In this document: piece by piece, positions 8,763 to 18,919 of the stretch
Layout of the letters: every line of letters begins with the position of its first letter
Position numbering within the stretch: the first letter of the stretch is position 1
Source of the DNA: a virus
Taxonomy: Duplodnaviria; Caudoviricetes
Direction: 5' to 3' (one strand)
Virus record (IMG/VR): IMGVR_UViG_3300049988_000245
Span: 201,896 to 265,895 of that record
DNA length: 64,000 nt
Made by a program: the position numbers and the translations under genes
Notes under the pieces: generated by a model
Seen by the model: only the letters and a program-made list of their open reading frames with translations
Told to the model about the DNA's origin: nothing
Database searches by the model: none

Positions 8763-10793
8763 ATGACCAATCCAACGATCGACGTGATGACTTTTAACGC
8801 GACCTATGTGACTCCATCGAGCGAGATCGCTCGGGTACGCGAAGAGCAGTCTGTCAACCTGTATATTGACGTATCCGAGGTCGGCACCCAGGTGGGATTT
8901 GTCGGGCAAACAACTATCTTTGTTGGAAATGCAGTTTCTCTCGTCGAATCCGTAACAGTTGATGGAATCAACATTCCGTTTTTTCGGCAGTTGACGGATC
9001 AGCGCATCTATTGGGATATTTCTCACGCTCTAACGCGTAAATCTACTATCGAGGTCACCCTAGGCGATCTGTTGGGTAGCTTCTCTCTCCTCAATGGAAC
9101 TCTTCCACCGGGGCTATCGATCACCCCGAAAGGACTGATCACGGGTCGCGTCACAAATATTATCGCACCACCCGCTCCGTATGCATTCACGGTGCGATAT
9201 AAGAATCCAACCCACACACATGATCGACGGTTTGTCATCTATGCGGAGGGGAAAGACTACCCGGCATTCTTCAACCCTGATCAGCTTCAGCCTCAAGAGC
9301 GCGATGATGAGATGGGGTTTAGTTATCGATCTCTGGGTTCGCTTAGTCGAGGACAAGGCTTCGGTCTTACCCTAGACATTTACGATCCTGACGGGGTCTT
9401 GCCGGGATTCGTTCTACGCAAGGTCACTGGTTTTCGTCCCAACAGTGGTAAGTTTGGGGGCCTTCCGCCTGATCTGGAGATCGTTGGGCAGACTATCCAA
9501 GGTGTAGTCGCCGCCGATGCCTGCCCAGGTAAGTATTTCTTCGAAGTCGTTCTTAATGACTCGGGGCGCGACGGCGCTATCTTCATGATAGAGATTCTAC
9601 AGCCCATCAGTAATACGATCGGGGTAATTCCTCACGTGGTCTGGGATACTCCGGAGGGAGACCTTGGTTCAATCGTAGAGACCGAGCCTTCGCACTTTGA
9701 CGTGGTGGCACATTCTGTGAACGCCCCGGCGATCGTTTACGAGCTTGCCCCGTTCTCGGCTCCGCTCCCCACGGGAGTGACAATCAATCCTTTGACCGGC
9801 CGTCTCTACGGGGTCATGCCGTATGTTGTCTCGGACACCGTATTCAGCTTTCGTCTTCGGGCCTCGGCGGGACAGCTATTTGCCGATCGAATCTTCTCGA
9901 TTACCGTTCTGGCACACTTTGATCTCGATACGATCCACAATCTCCGCCTGCAAATTCGAACGGCCGATGAGGTCGCCCTGGTTCCACAATACGCTGATTC
10001 GATTCCCCAGGAACTGATCTATCGCAGTGAAGACCCAAACTTTGGCTTCATCCGACATCCTTATGTTTATGTAATCAAGGGAATCGATGGCAGTAAAAAC
10101 CTCGAAGAGGCTCTGCGTGGGGATGCAAACGGCCTAGAGATCGTTGGGGGTCAGAAGGACTACCAGAAGCGATTCAAGCTCGTCCTGGGAGAGCATCGTT
10201 TTGCTACGGCCCGAGATTCGACCGGTAAGGCGATTTACGAAGTTCTTTATCGGGACCTCTACGACCCGATGAAAAAAGCTGGTGGTTTTAACATTACCAA
10301 CGGCCTCATCACGTCATCTCCGGTGCGTTGGCCACAGTCTGCATCTACTTCGATGTATTTCTTTCCCCACTCAGTGAAGAATATGCGGTTCGATCTCATC
10401 GAAAATCTTGGATTTGCGATGATCGACCCCGATTCGAGACGAAATGTCGGTACGGACACTGCCGAACTCATGCCATTGTGGATGAGGTCTGAGCAAGTCA
10501 AGGGGGTTGCCTCCTCCGTCCCCGGCTATAAGGCTGCGTTGTTCCTGGCCTATCTAAAGCCAGGGTCGGCCGCAGCGGTGCAGAAAATCCTCAACGCGGT
10601 GACCAAGGTGGGAACACTAATCACTCCGTGGGGACACGTGTACTATTTTGATAAGTATTTTACCACAGAAACCTCAGTTCTTTATCAGACAATGCTTGAT
10701 AATCAGGATGATGAGAGCGCAGAGACCGTCATCGATTCTACGGAAACTGTGTTTGATGAGGTTGACGGTGATGTAGTTAAATATCTGGACTAA
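8763..10793 (+). CDS. Virion structural protein with putative Ig (He_PIG-like) repeats
   Basis: GTLPPGLSITPKGLITG, GLPPDLEI and LPTGVTINPLTGRLYG repeats; TATAAATA and GGAG upstream. Confidence 0.85.
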   Translation: MTNPTIDVMTFNATYVTPSSEIARVREEQSVNLYIDVSEVGTQVGFVGQTTIFVGNAVSLVESVTVDGINIPFFRQLTDQRIYWDISHALTRKSTIEVTLGDLLGSFSLLNGTLPPGLSITPKGLITGRVTNIIAPPAPYAFTVRYKNPTHTHDRRFVIYAEGKDYPAFFNPDQLQPQERDDEMGFSYRSLGSLSRGQGFGLTLDIYDPDGVLPGFVLRKVTGFRPNSGKFGGLPPDLEIVGQTIQGVVAADACPGKYFFEVVLNDSGRDGAIFMIEILQPISNTIGVIPHVVWDTPEGDLGSIVETEPSHFDVVAHSVNAPAIVYELAPFSAPLPTGVTINPLTGRLYGVMPYVVSDTVFSFRLRASAGQLFADRIFSITVLAHFDLDTIHNLRLQIRTADEVALVPQYADSIPQELIYRSEDPNFGFIRHPYVYVIKGIDGSKNLEEALRGDANGLEIVGGQKDYQKRFKLVLGEHRFATARDSTGKAIYEVLYRDLYDPMKKAGGFNITNGLITSSPVRWPQSASTSMYFFPHSVKNMRFDLIENLGFAMIDPDSRRNVGTDTAELMPLWMRSEQVKGVASSVPGYKAALFLAYLKPGSAAAVQKILNAVTKVGTLITPWGHVYYFDKYFTTETSVLYQTMLDNQDDESAETVIDSTETVFDEVDGDVVKYLD

Positions 10794-10809
10794 TTTTTGA
10801 GGAATTTCA

Positions 10810-12993
10810 ATGAGCATCGATTCCGGACAGGCGCCGACCACGTTTAATGAAAACTACCCGGTCCCTGGTCTGAAGCAGTCCAGTCAGCAGTTCCGTGACA
10901 ACTTCAAGATTCTCCGAACTGCGATTGAGAATCTTCAGAACGTTTCACGAGACGAGACGGGAATTCTTGATTTCCAGCTTTACATTTCCCCTGTCACGGG
11001 TCGTGTTACCGCGTCCACCTTCTACGTGGACCCGGCTCAGGTCACGAATCCCGACCGTGGAACGCTAAGCTATCAGAACGATGCGATCTATTACTGGAAC
11101 GGCACCGGCTGGGCTCCTGTGGCCTCAGGAGCCGCATCCCTACCGGGTCCCCAGGGTATCCAGGGTCCGCGCGGCGACAGCGGTCCTGAGGGTCGTCAGG
11201 GTCCGATCGGTCCCCAGGGCGTCAAGGGAAATCAGGGCGATATCGGTCGTGACGGTTATCCGGGTCCGGCGGGTCCCAAGGGTGACGCTGGCCCGGAAGG
11301 GCGTAAGGGCGAGATTGGCGCGCGCGGCCTTCGCGGATTCGAGGGTCCACGCGGGCCGATCGGCCAGACCGGTCCCAAGGGCGACAAGGGTGATCAGGGC
11401 ATCCAGGGTATCCAGGGTGTTCGTGGTGAGCACAATATCCCCTCGGTGCTTGATTTTTTTGATGAGGCCACACGCAACCGCTTCCTCGCGGGAGATTTCT
11501 CCGTCGATGTGACCGCAGGGGTCCAGGCGGCATTGGATTCAGGAAAGAACCTCTTCTTCCCCGCAGGTAAATATCGCCTCACCAGCGGCCTTAAGGCCAC
11601 GCATCCGGGCCAGTATCTCTATGGCTGCGGCGGCCCGACCGTAAACGGCAATGCGACTGAGGCGGGAATCGGTACGTTCTTTATGATCTCGTACGACTAT
11701 GACGTCGGGTACGCCGTGATGACGCTTGTCAATTCCTGCGGAATGTTCGGCTTCACCTGGGACTTTCAGCAGCCGGACGCTGCCCCCAATGGCGGCCCGC
11801 TGGAGCGCAACCACCTCAAGGTGTACCCGCCCGCCCTCGATATCTCGGATGCGCAGAACGTCCTCCTCGATAATATCGAGTTCCGCCGCTCCTCGATCGG
11901 CCTTAAGGCGCACGGCAACTGCGGTGGCCTGCGCATCGGCATGATTCGAGACGGTTCACTTCAAACGGGCCTCGACCTTGAATTCACTAATCCCCAGAGT
12001 GAGCGTCGCTCGGTGATCATCGATACGTGGGAGCATTGGCATTGGGGCATGGCGGATCGCCCGGCCCTCCAGGCGGTTCACGATGATGGTATCACGGATG
12101 CAATTTCGATCGGCCCCTATATCGGCGCGGTTTCGTTTACAAATCTGCTGATCCTGCGCGCTCGATACCGCCATAACTCAGGTGCAAACAACAATCCAAC
12201 ACAGATCGCCAACCTCGATCTGCGCGGTTACCGGGCAACTCTCGACCTAATCTCTGGCTATGTCGATGTCGGCACGTTTACTTGCGTGAATCTACTCAAT
12301 CCGGCATTGTCCAACACGGGTGGTATGATCCGAGTCGATAATGTGAATCTGAATGGCCGCATGAATAATGTGGCGCTTGTGCGCCAGATTGAGGGGTCCA
12401 CTTCGATCACATCTGGTCTTATGAACATTGACGGCAACACCGTAGGCGCGGACCTGACTGGTGGTTACTTGAATCTGAACGGCGTACATTTCCAGTGCGG
12501 CCAGAACAGCCGCAGCGTCGCAATGGTTCGCCAGACGGGTCCGGGCGGTCGTCTCACCATGACGAACTGCTATCCCGACGATCGTGGTTCGGCTGGAGGT
12601 GCGTTCCCCGCGTTCATCCAGATCGAGCGCGACGATCATCACGTCATCATGAATAATCGCTTCCTTTCATGGAGATTCGAAACGCCTCTTCTGGAAAGGT
12701 TTGGAATCTATGGGCCGAACGGGAGCATCAACAATGGTATCGACGATAAGGGTCACTACCACGGTAAAGTGATCAAGCGTTACATGGGCGGTACGTTCAA
12801 CGCAGATGGCTTCGCGGTCCTCTATCCGGAGATTTCCGGTCTCGCGGGTAAGGTCAACAACATTTCGGTGTTCGCCTCTCACCCGGAAGGTGGTCTATAC
12901 CCGGCAAGCATCCGTCGTTTCGATAACGATTACATCTACCTTGAAGGTCCGAAGAGTATCGGATTTGTTTGCTGGATCGAGTACATCGAGTAA
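10810..12993 (+). CDS. Tail fibre/spike: attachment domain, collagen stalk, pectate-lyase-like beta-helix (putative depolymerase)
   Basis: [15 protein letters not shown]-terminus; Gly-X-Y run; [25 protein letters not shown] beta-helix cap. Confidence 0.85.
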   Translation: MSIDSGQAPTTFNENYPVPGLKQSSQQFRDNFKILRTAIENLQNVSRDETGILDFQLYISPVTGRVTASTFYVDPAQVTNPDRGTLSYQNDAIYYWNGTGWAPVASGAASLPGPQGIQGPRGDSGPEGRQGPIGPQGVKGNQGDIGRDGYPGPAGPKGDAGPEGRKGEIGARGLRGFEGPRGPIGQTGPKGDKGDQGIQGIQGVRGEHNIPSVLDFFDEATRNRFLAGDFSVDVTAGVQAALDSGKNLFFPAGKYRLTSGLKATHPGQYLYGCGGPTVNGNATEAGIGTFFMISYDYDVGYAVMTLVNSCGMFGFTWDFQQPDAAPNGGPLERNHLKVYPPALDISDAQNVLLDNIEFRRSSIGLKAHGNCGGLRIGMIRDGSLQTGLDLEFTNPQSERRSVIIDTWEHWHWGMADRPALQAVHDDGITDAISIGPYIGAVSFTNLLILRARYRHNSGANNNPTQIANLDLRGYRATLDLISGYVDVGTFTCVNLLNPALSNTGGMIRVDNVNLNGRMNNVALVRQIEGSTSITSGLMNIDGNTVGADLTGGYLNLNGVHFQCGQNSRSVAMVRQTGPGGRLTMTNCYPDDRGSAGGAFPAFIQIERDDHHVIMNNRFLSWRFETPLLERFGIYGPNGSINNGIDDKGHYHGKVIKRYMGGTFNADGFAVLYPEISGLAGKVNNISVFASHPEGGLYPASIRRFDNDYIYLEGPKSIGFVCWIEYIE
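11146..11433 (+). repeat. Collagen-like (Gly-X-Y)x32 coding repeat
   Basis: 32 uninterrupted GXY triplets, GPQ...GEH. Confidence 0.9.
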
Positions 12994-13059
12994 GAAATTG
13001 AGTTACTGTTAAAATGTAGGGTAAGGTGTTCTCAATTCATTTTGAGGACACCTTATTTT

Positions 13060-13458
13060 ATGTCTAAGACTGCATTTGAGAAGCTTTGGGACTTTCATAC
13101 CGCTTTTGGTCAGGTTCGGACCACCACTCCGGGTCTGCCCAGCGCTGACGTGCGCAAGCTCCGCCGGAATCTGCTTCGCGAGGAGTGGAACGAGTACATG
13201 GATGGGGAAGAGAACGACGATCTCGTCGAGGTCGCGGATGCCCTGATCGACATCATCTACATTGCCTTGGGAACCGGCGTCAGCTACGGCCTGCCCATGG
13301 ATGAGCTTTTCGAGGAAGTTCACCGTTCGAACATGTCGAAGCTCGGCGAGGACGGCAAGCCCGTCTATCGCGAGGACGGTAAGGTCATGAAGGGACCCAA
13401 CTACAGCAAGCCTGATCTGGCCTCTATCGTGGCTCGGCGTATCGCCAACGCTAAATAA
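13060..13458 (+). CDS. MazG-like/PRA-PH-like NTP pyrophosphohydrolase
   Basis: LLREEWNEY...EVADALIDIIY...FEEVHRSNMSKLGEDGKPVYREDGKVMKGPNY; SD GAGGA before ATG 13060. Confidence 0.9.
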   Translation: MSKTAFEKLWDFHTAFGQVRTTTPGLPSADVRKLRRNLLREEWNEYMDGEENDDLVEVADALIDIIYIALGTGVSYGLPMDELFEEVHRSNMSKLGEDGKPVYREDGKVMKGPNYSKPDLASIVARRIANAK

Positions 13459-13486
13459 GGGTGTAGTTTACTATGAGGGCCACCCC

Positions 13487-13837
13487 ATGTTTTCATTTGA
13501 TGGATTCGATCCTGCTCTGATGAGTGACGACGAATTGCTTCATAAGACCACGGACCTGCACGCGAAACTCGTGTTCGCTGGCCGATTCGGTTCTGCCGAC
13601 ATGATTGGTGGCCTTCAGCGACTCCTTGAGGTGGTGGAGTTCGAACGAGCCCAACGGGTCATGCGGACCTTCGCACGGGATCGCGACTTGAGCACGCACG
13701 ACGTGATTGAGAGCGACCCCGATCTGGCCGCAGCCGGACGCGATCAGGCCGAACCGCAGCGCGGCGGTAAGATCATTCCGCAGAAGAAACCCCGCCCGAT
13801 CGTTACGGTCTCCAGCCGCCCTACCTCGGATATTTGA
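13487..13837 (+). CDS. Hypothetical protein
   Basis: 116-aa ORF in operon context. Confidence 0.75.
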   Translation: MFSFDGFDPALMSDDELLHKTTDLHAKLVFAGRFGSADMIGGLQRLLEVVEFERAQRVMRTFARDRDLSTHDVIESDPDLAAAGRDQAEPQRGGKIIPQKKPRPIVTVSSRPTSDI

Positions 13838-13845
13838 GAAGAACC

Positions 13846-14532
13846 ATGTCAGACATCATTGAAGACGACGACGAAGACGCCCTCTACATCTCGTTCACAA
13901 TGGATACGAAGATGATGCGTCTGAACGAAGAGACGTTTGTCCCCTCCAAGATTTCCATTCGAGCGGATGTCAATCCGGAAGAGGAGATGTCGGAATCAGA
14001 AATCACCTTGGCGCTGTCGAAGATTCGCTTTTTCTATGAGAACATCGTCTCCAAGTGCATCGCGTTCTCCTACGACAACGAACATGCGATCGAGATTCTG
14101 ATCAACGAAGAGGGCAAGAATCGCACCGGAAACATCCTCATGATGACGCCGGGCGAGCCGACCGACGAGATGATGGCGACCCTCTTCCAGGCGAAGATGG
14201 AAGCACTGTCCGACCACAAGATCAGCTTCAATCTGGTCGAGGTGAAGTCGGATAACCCGCATGGGCTCTCGTTCGTATTCGTCGGCGATGCAAGCCGAAT
14301 GCTTCCTGATATCGAAAGCTGGATCGGAAAGCGTTCGTTCTTCACGCAGCCGTGGTGGAACCGCGACGACGCCTCGACGCTCGACGTCATCCCGCCGCCG
14401 GACGCTGATCTGACCCAGAAGCCAGCCTGGGCGTTCTCACTCAATCCGATCATGGGTGCGAAGACCGACTCAACTGTGATTCTTCGCCCGAGCTTCAAGC
14501 CGACCGTAATCGAAGGCGGCAAGCCGGTCTAA
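13846..14532 (+). CDS. Conserved phage hypothetical protein
   Basis: Globular ORF ending QPWWNRDDASTLD; adjacent to the DnaE fragment. Confidence 0.8.
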   Translation: MSDIIEDDDEDALYISFTMDTKMMRLNEETFVPSKISIRADVNPEEEMSESEITLALSKIRFFYENIVSKCIAFSYDNEHAIEILINEEGKNRTGNILMMTPGEPTDEMMATLFQAKMEALSDHKISFNLVEVKSDNPHGLSFVFVGDASRMLPDIESWIGKRSFFTQPWWNRDDASTLDVIPPPDADLTQKPAWAFSLNPIMGAKTDSTVILRPSFKPTVIEGGKPV

Positions 14533-14536
14533 AATA

Positions 14537-14566
14537 TTGAACTCCTGCTCATGCCCTCGGTACTAT
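14537..14566 (+). promoter_or_regulatory. Sigma70-like promoter, probably leaderless
   Basis: TTGAAC-18-TACTAT-7 nt-ATG(14574), no SD. Confidence 0.55.
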
Positions 14567-14573
14567 CCAGGGT

Positions 14574-15095
14574 ATGAGCAGAACAGTTGATCCGTGGGGA
14601 CGGGTTGTCCTCGATATCGGTGACCTCACCGAAATTCTCTATTCCGGCCTGAAAACCGATGACGTGTACGTGGCCGAAGGCGACGAGACTGCGCGGTTCA
14701 ATGCGCTTTGTCGGGCCTGGGATCGGCCACAGTACGCTTTGCGGGTCCCGGAGGCCCCAGAGCACTCTCCCGAACAGGAGCACGCCACACGCGCCTCCCA
14801 ATGGCTGGTCTGTGAGGAGCTACGCGGGATGAACGTGCGCGACTTTCTCATCAGCGCGTGTGCGACCGATGCTCAGCGGGAGCGGGTGAACGCGGAAATG
14901 GACCTTTATGAGGAACGCGAACTCGAACCCCTGCTTCAGACGATGATCTGTCTGGTCGAGCATTTCCGGGCGAACAAGGTGGTCTGGGGTGTCGGTCGTG
15001 GTTCGTCCGTGGCCAGCTACGTCCTCTACATGATCGGGATTCACAAAATCGATTCGATGAAGTACGGCCTGGAGATCGGGGAATTCCTGAAATGA
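14574..15095 (+). CDS. dnaE: Stand-alone fragment of DNA polymerase III alpha subunit (split DnaE)
   Basis: WGVGRGSSVASYVLYMIGIHKID is the DnaE palm motif; only 173 aa, lacks the DxD motif. Confidence 0.85.
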   Translation: MSRTVDPWGRVVLDIGDLTEILYSGLKTDDVYVAEGDETARFNALCRAWDRPQYALRVPEAPEHSPEQEHATRASQWLVCEELRGMNVRDFLISACATDAQRERVNAEMDLYEERELEPLLQTMICLVEHFRANKVVWGVGRGSSVASYVLYMIGIHKIDSMKYGLEIGEFLK

Positions 15096-15406
15096 TCACG
15101 CATCGCGAGGTTCGCGTGACCATCACGGAGAAGACATATGATCCCGAGGATGGTGGCCCCGTGTTTATCCTCCGCGTAGGATTGTCCCGCCGCCGGGGGT
15201 TCAGTACGATTCTGTACGAGAATTTAGAGGAACGGGATTCTGCGTCGATCTCCCCCGCGATACGGGATTGGTGCGTCGAACAATGGGCGGGGGAAGAGTT
15301 CTCCTTCAATCCGTTCGATGATGAAGAGGTGTGGGTCCGGAGCTTTGCCCAGGCGATGGCGTTCAAGCTGAGGTGGGACGGGAAACACGCCAGTGCTGGA
15401 ACTTAA
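15092..15406 (+). CDS. FKLRW-motif family protein
   Basis: AIRDWCVEQW...VWVRSFAQAMAFKLRW. Confidence 0.85.
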   Translation: MITHREVRVTITEKTYDPEDGGPVFILRVGLSRRRGFSTILYENLEERDSASISPAIRDWCVEQWAGEEFSFNPFDDEEVWVRSFAQAMAFKLRWDGKHASAGT

Positions 15407-15680
15407 GATCGTTATCCACGAGAAGGTCGCACCCGGATCGTTCCCGATCGAGGTTCGCCTTGATCTGACGGACGAATTCTTTATCAAATCCGGGTGGAGA
15501 AACACCATCCATGCTCAGCAACACATGACCGATTGGTGTCGCGAACGCTGGGGCAAGACCACGGGCGAGACCTATACGCTCGAAGAGGCCCGATGGATGT
15601 TTGTCGGTAAGCGGTTCTACGTCCGCACCGAGGCCCAGGCGATCGAGTTGAAGATGCGGTGGCACGGGGCGACGCCGTGA
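15393..15680 (+). CDS. FKLRW-motif family protein
   Basis: MTDWCRERWG...FYVRTEAQAIELKMRW. Confidence 0.85.
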   Translation: MLELKIVIHEKVAPGSFPIEVRLDLTDEFFIKSGWRNTIHAQQHMTDWCRERWGKTTGETYTLEEARWMFVGKRFYVRTEAQAIELKMRWHGATP

Positions 15681-15931
15681 TCGTCGTTCTTACGATCGAA
15701 CAGCCTGAATCGACCGAGTTGATTTTCAGCCATAGCGGGAGTTTCAAGCATGGCTTGAACGCACAGAACCGCCGTGACATTCAAGATTGGTGCATCCATC
15801 AGTGGGGATTACCAACTCGGGATAGTGGCTGGGAAATCCACTATGCCGATGGGTACATATTTGTGCGTACGTCCGACCGCTCCGCCGGAATTAACGCGAA
15901 GATGCGTTGGCACGGCGTGTTGGACGACTAG
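15677..15931 (+). CDS. FKLRW-motif family protein
   Basis: GTGA overlap start; DIQDWCIHQWG...IFVRTSDRSAGINAKMRW. Confidence 0.8.
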   Translation: MIVVLTIEQPESTELIFSHSGSFKHGLNAQNRRDIQDWCIHQWGLPTRDSGWEIHYADGYIFVRTSDRSAGINAKMRWHGVLDD

Positions 15932-16593
15932 GTCGGCTTGGATACTCCGGCGATCATCTTGATCGTCATCAGCCCGGTCACAGGAACACTCTCCTCGAAC
16001 GAGAGTAGGTCGGCATCCTCGCCTCGGAAGATGATCCAGTTCTTCCCCCGCAGGATCAGGTGGCAGGCTGAGGTCATGCGGGTCCGGTCAACGTACATGA
16101 TCCCGGACCGCTTCGGCATGCTTTCCAGAAGCTCGATGAACTCCTGGCGCAATTCCTCAGTATCAAAATAATACCACGAGCCGCGCTCGGGGAATGCCCC
16201 GATGTCCCCCGGCCGAGCATCGCTTTTAAGCGTGTAGGTCCGACCCTTGTAGACACGATCCTTGCCCTTGTCGGAAACGAACTTCAGGATTCGCTTCTCC
16301 TCGTACGGGCTCATGTAATAGGTCGAGAGACCGACCCACCCTTTGCGGTGGAGCTTCCACGACTTGGTGCGGTTGTGCTCGTCCTCACCCGAGGGTGTGA
16401 TGGTGTGCCAGTCCAGCCAGACCTCGCTGATCCACTTCAGCCGTCCCTTAGGCCCGGTGAAATTGTTCACCTTGGGTTTGGGGATATTAATGCCGATGGT
16501 GTATCTCAAGCCCCAATACTGATGTTCTGGCGGCAGCGTGACCGGCTGGGGCTCGTACCGAAGAGATTCCAACTTTGGTGCACGATATTCCAT
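15928..16593 (-). CDS. Hypothetical protein, divergent FKLRW-like C-terminus
   Basis: 221-aa ORF; WYYFDTEELRQEF and IIFRGEDADL...LMTIKM segments. Confidence 0.75.
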   Translation of the reverse strand: MEYRAPKLESLRYEPQPVTLPPEHQYWGLRYTIGINIPKPKVNNFTGPKGRLKWISEVWLDWHTITPSGEDEHNRTKSWKLHRKGWVGLSTYYMSPYEEKRILKFVSDKGKDRVYKGRTYTLKSDARPGDIGAFPERGSWYYFDTEELRQEFIELLESMPKRSGIMYVDRTRMTSACHLILRGKNWIIFRGEDADLLSFEESVPVTGLMTIKMIAGVSKPT

Positions 16594-16836
16594 TTACCAC
16601 CATCGGAGTTTAAAATTAACCACATCCTGCTCTTCACGAAACAGGATGAAATAGGTCTGATGGCTCACGTCCCAATAGGGTGTCGCGCGATCAACCAGAA
16701 ACTCGCGACACCATACGTGAATCTCTGGGTAAAAATCAACCTCCTGCGAGAGAATCGTTCGACCAGAATTTTGGAACTTGGGGATACCAAAGAATCTTGC
16801 CGCCTGCTCACGTGTGAGTTTAAGCTTTATGATCAC
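16594..16836 (-). CDS. FKLRW-motif family protein
   Basis: EIHVWCREF...ILFREEQDVVNFKLRWW. Confidence 0.85.
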   Translation of the reverse strand: MIIKLKLTREQAARFFGIPKFQNSGRTILSQEVDFYPEIHVWCREFLVDRATPYWDVSHQTYFILFREEQDVVNFKLRWW

Positions 16837-16913
16837 CGAGATATGTCCTCTAAATATTGAATTGCGCCTAACATCGTCTATTATCTACGCATATTATTTA
16901 GCGGACAATTTTC

Positions 16914-17213
16914 ATGGCCGAAGTCATTCGATTCAAATCCAAGAGCCATGCTCGGGACCTCGCGCTTCAGAAGCTCGCCCACCGTGTGCTGATCCACCTG
17001 ATCGTTTCGTTCTATGATCGCGGGATCATGGACGTGCCGATCCAGGCGTACGTGAAAGAAATGACCAGCGCGCTGATCGCGGACGGGCACGCCTATGATC
17101 CGGTGGTGCTGGATTCTCTCGGGACCGACATCAACATTCTGAAGCGTCTCGAAGCCATGCTGATCAAGACGCTGGTCGAGCGCGGCCAGCTTCCGCCAGA
17201 TTTCAAGGCTTGA
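16914..17213 (+). CDS. Hypothetical protein
   Basis: 99-aa helical ORF; TAAATA upstream at 16851. Confidence 0.7.
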   Translation: MAEVIRFKSKSHARDLALQKLAHRVLIHLIVSFYDRGIMDVPIQAYVKEMTSALIADGHAYDPVVLDSLGTDINILKRLEAMLIKTLVERGQLPPDFKA

Positions 17214-17237
17214 CTATCTAACGTTTAGCTGTACATT
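17210..17237 (+). promoter_or_regulatory. Early promoter, TTGACN-16-TAYATT class (leaderless)
   Basis: TTGACT-16-TACATT with TG extension; ATG 17244 lies 6 nt downstream. Confidence 0.7.
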
Positions 17238-17243
17238 GAGGGG

Positions 17244-17561
17244 ATGGCGAACCCGTATAAGCGCACCTCCACCCCGACGATCACCTACGTGGGCGAGTAC
17301 GGCCACGAGTCGTGCTTTCGTATTCACCTGCTGAAGGAAGAGGGGCTGAACGCGCTCCTGTTCCGGGGCGAGATCGCCGAGCATCTTCTGAAAGAGATGG
17401 TCGCCCACCGCCTGGGTAATTCGATCCGTGGGGTAGAGCTACCCGACAATCCAAAGAAGGCCGACTTCTTCCTGATGATCGACCGGTCTGAGATTCGGAC
17501 ATTCACCAGTCGGTTCGAGGTGTCCGGGTACAGCCCCGATCTGGCCGGGGAGAGCGTCTGA
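17244..17561 (+). CDS. Hypothetical protein
   Basis: 105-aa ORF, TGATG-coupled to the next gene. Confidence 0.75.
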   Translation: MANPYKRTSTPTITYVGEYGHESCFRIHLLKEEGLNALLFRGEIAEHLLKEMVAHRLGNSIRGVELPDNPKKADFFLMIDRSEIRTFTSRFEVSGYSPDLAGESV

Positions 17562-17887
17562 TGGCACCATGGATAAAGCCGCTACCGAGGAAAGTACCTG
17601 ATCCGATTCAACAATACGATCTCGTCTACGATTTCTATGAAACGCGTAGTCTCGATCAGAGGTCAGATGTCGTCCGGGCGTTTCTTGACTACGAATACAT
17701 GTTCATGCCAACACGACACGACGGATATTATTGGTCTCTCAGGATTTATCAGAGAGGTGTGCTGCTCAATCCAGCAATCCTATGGTGCAACGAACGCCTC
17801 GAAGGGACCAATTGGGTCCGGAAAGGCGAATGGATTTTCGTCCGTAACGAGATATCGGCGTTCGAGTTCAGGATGCGTTGGTGCTGA
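17561..17887 (+). CDS. FKLRW-motif family protein
   Basis: AILWCNERL...WIFVRNEISAFEFRMRWC. Confidence 0.85.
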   Translation: MAPWIKPLPRKVPDPIQQYDLVYDFYETRSLDQRSDVVRAFLDYEYMFMPTRHDGYYWSLRIYQRGVLLNPAILWCNERLEGTNWVRKGEWIFVRNEISAFEFRMRWC

Positions 17888-18341
17888 CCGGGGTGACACT
17901 GAACTCTAGCTCGCCATCCCCCTGCTTGTACGCGGTCTGGTAGCCTACGGCGGCGGCGCGCCCACTGAGGGCCTGTGCCATGCGCACGTACAGTGCACCC
18001 TTGCCGAGAACGTCCGATCCAACGAATGTCAGTAGGTCTGGGCGCTTTTGCTTCAGGAACTCTTCGATCCCCTGGACGACCACGGACAGCACCTTGACCG
18101 CCGAGTTGCGGGAAATCCCGGTGTTGCCGCAGATGGAAAGCTTCTTCTCCGTCGCATACGCTTGGGTGACGGAGAAGAACACTTCCCAATGGGTTGGATC
18201 GTTCTCGGCGTCCACGGTCTCGTTATCGAAGACCAGCCGGAATGGAATCCCCTCTAGGGTGAAGTGCGCTTCCATGCGGGCGCGATTTGATACGACCCAG
18301 GCCAGCTTAGCATTCGAGTCAAAGAGTTCGAGCAGGATCAT
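17868..18341 (-). CDS. Conserved phage hypothetical protein
   Basis: MILLELFD start; KVLSVVVQGIEEFLKQKRPDLLTF...ALYVRM pattern seen in T4-like phages. Confidence 0.75.
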   Translation of the reverse strand: MILLELFDSNAKLAWVVSNRARMEAHFTLEGIPFRLVFDNETVDAENDPTHWEVFFSVTQAYATEKKLSICGNTGISRNSAVKVLSVVVQGIEEFLKQKRPDLLTFVGSDVLGKGALYVRMAQALSGRAAAVGYQTAYKQGDGELEFSVTPVSTNAS

Positions 18342-18919
18342 AGTCCGCTCCCACTTTGGTCGCGGCCACGCTGAGCCTTGATCATGCTGGCCATATCACC
18401 AAGGTGGAACGGCAGCACCTTGAGCGTGCGGATCAGATGCTTGCAGGCGATCCCCTTAAGCTGGGGGTTGCGGATGTGCGGGTAGCGATCCTCGTGGTAG
18501 ATTGAGGCGTCCATCTGGTCGAGGATGTAATTGAATCCCCAGAACGTGAACGATGGGCAGTGGCAGTGAAGCTTGATGTCGCCGCCCCAGAGGAGCAGGC
18601 GCGCAGCTTCGTTCGCGTTGATCGACGGATCGTTGACCTGCTCGTCCCAATTGTTCCACTGAACGTACGTCTCCCAACCATTGTACTTGTTGGGGACGAA
18701 GAACTTCATGATGTTCGCCTTCGTGGTCACGTACTTGACGTGGGGAATCAGTGGTGCCCAATCGCGGAACGGGAGCTTGGCGTTCGTCGCACCTGCGACG
18801 CCGTTCGGCACGATTTCCTGCATCAGGTCTTTATAGTGAAGTTCGTCGAGGCGAGCGGGGACCTCGTCGCAGAAATAGCGCGCGGTGCTGCAATGAGCGT
18901 GTTCTGGGTGGCTGCACAT
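18338..18919 (-). CDS. SWIM zinc-finger protein
   Basis: LHCHCPSF...IACKHL (CxC-xn-CxH); start set at ATG 18919, 5 nt after TAAATA. Confidence 0.8.
   Translation of the reverse strand: MCSHPEHAHCSTARYFCDEVPARLDELHYKDLMQEIVPNGVAGATNAKLPFRDWAPLIPHVKYVTTKANIMKFFVPNKYNGWETYVQWNNWDEQVNDPSINANEAARLLLWGGDIKLHCHCPSFTFWGFNYILDQMDASIYHEDRYPHIRNPQLKGIACKHLIRTLKVLPFHLGDMASMIKAQRGRDQSGSGL

Noticed and set aside
14574-15095. Split intein in the DnaE fragment
   Set aside because: No intein block A (Cys/Ser start) follows the polymerase motif; the ORF ends directly at EFLK.
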